Shown piece by piece: positions 31,750 to 32,000 of a DNA stretch of 32,000 nt. Position numbers and translations under genes: made by a program. Origin of the DNA: an uncultured Chloroflexia bacterium (GTDB taxonomy: Bacteria; Chloroflexota; Ktedonobacteria; Ktedonobacterales; JADMIN01); assembly GCA_963718915.1 (NCBI GenBank), contig CAVRAI010000003.1, positions 90,001-122,000 of the forward strand, in the 5' to 3' direction. The notes below the pieces were generated by a model. That model did not search any database. It was given only the letters and a program-made list of their open reading frames with translations, and was not told the origin of the DNA. Numbering within the stretch: position 1 is the stretch's first letter; each line of letters opens with the position of its first letter.

Positions 31750-32000
31750 ATGTCAGCGCAGCCGTCGCCGTCGCTTCAGCAAAGGCTGGACGACCTGGAG
31801 GAACAACTCTCGCGTATGGCACGAGAGATCGCATCTCAGCAACGTTTGAACAGCACACAACAAGAACAACTTAGCCAGCAGCAGGAAGAAATTGTCTGCT
31901 TGCGCGCCGCACTGGCGCGTAGTACTACCCAGGCAGCTTCCAGCCACACCGAACCGGCAGAAACAACACAGGCATCGCCCTCAAGGGCCACGAGCAGGCG
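31750..32000 (+). CDS. Hypothetical Gln-rich coiled-coil protein, N-terminal fragment (runs off the right edge)
   Basis: ATG 31750 is preceded by GAGGAGG about 7 nt upstream. The frame stays open to the window end: MSAQPSPSLQQRLDDLEEQLSRMAREIASQQRLNSTQQEQLSQQQEEIVCLRAALARS... The antisense ORF 31753..31947 is taken as its shadow. Confidence 0.55.
   Translation, partial: MSAQPSPSLQQRLDDLEEQLSRMAREIASQQRLNSTQQEQLSQQQEEIVCLRAALARSTTQAASSHTEPAETTQASPSRATSR

Overview
High-GC bacterial chromosomal window. Gene content and repeat style suggest a Chloroflexota/Ktedonobacteria-like genome, but that is a guess.

**Left third (1-9444, minus strand):**
- A promoter and a T-box (Trp) leader with an intrinsic terminator precede trpS.
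- trpS is followed co-directionally by trpE, trpG, a free-standing B3/B4-domain gene, trpD, an MBL-fold hydrolase, a trpC(F) fusion and trpB (cut by the window edge).
- Every larger spacer in this block is filled with modular GC-rich palindromic repeats.

**Middle:**
- A polytopic membrane protein.
- A split type III polyketide set: SAM methyltransferase and FAD oxidoreductase on the plus strand, the PKS convergent on the minus strand. A dinD/Bro-N-like gene in an AT-richer patch sits between them.
- An ECF41-like sigma factor with a deazaflavin-type oxidoreductase.
- A PLP-dependent Thr/Ser dehydratase.
- A kumamolisin-like S53 peptidase with a C-terminal TM anchor.
- An LplA-family ligase.

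**Right third:**
- A DrrA/DrrB-type ABC exporter whose two genes are separated by a tnpB-only IS200/IS605-type element.
- A small nucleotidyltransferase, an EcsC-family protein and a lipoprotein.
- A 1158-aa membrane-anchored protein: an EXORDIUM/PHI-1-like domain plus two PQQ-like beta-propeller modules related by a 1299-nt intragenic duplication.

No rRNA, tRNA or CRISPR array was seen. Many long ORFs in the track are antisense or out-of-frame shadows typical of high-GC DNA and were not called.
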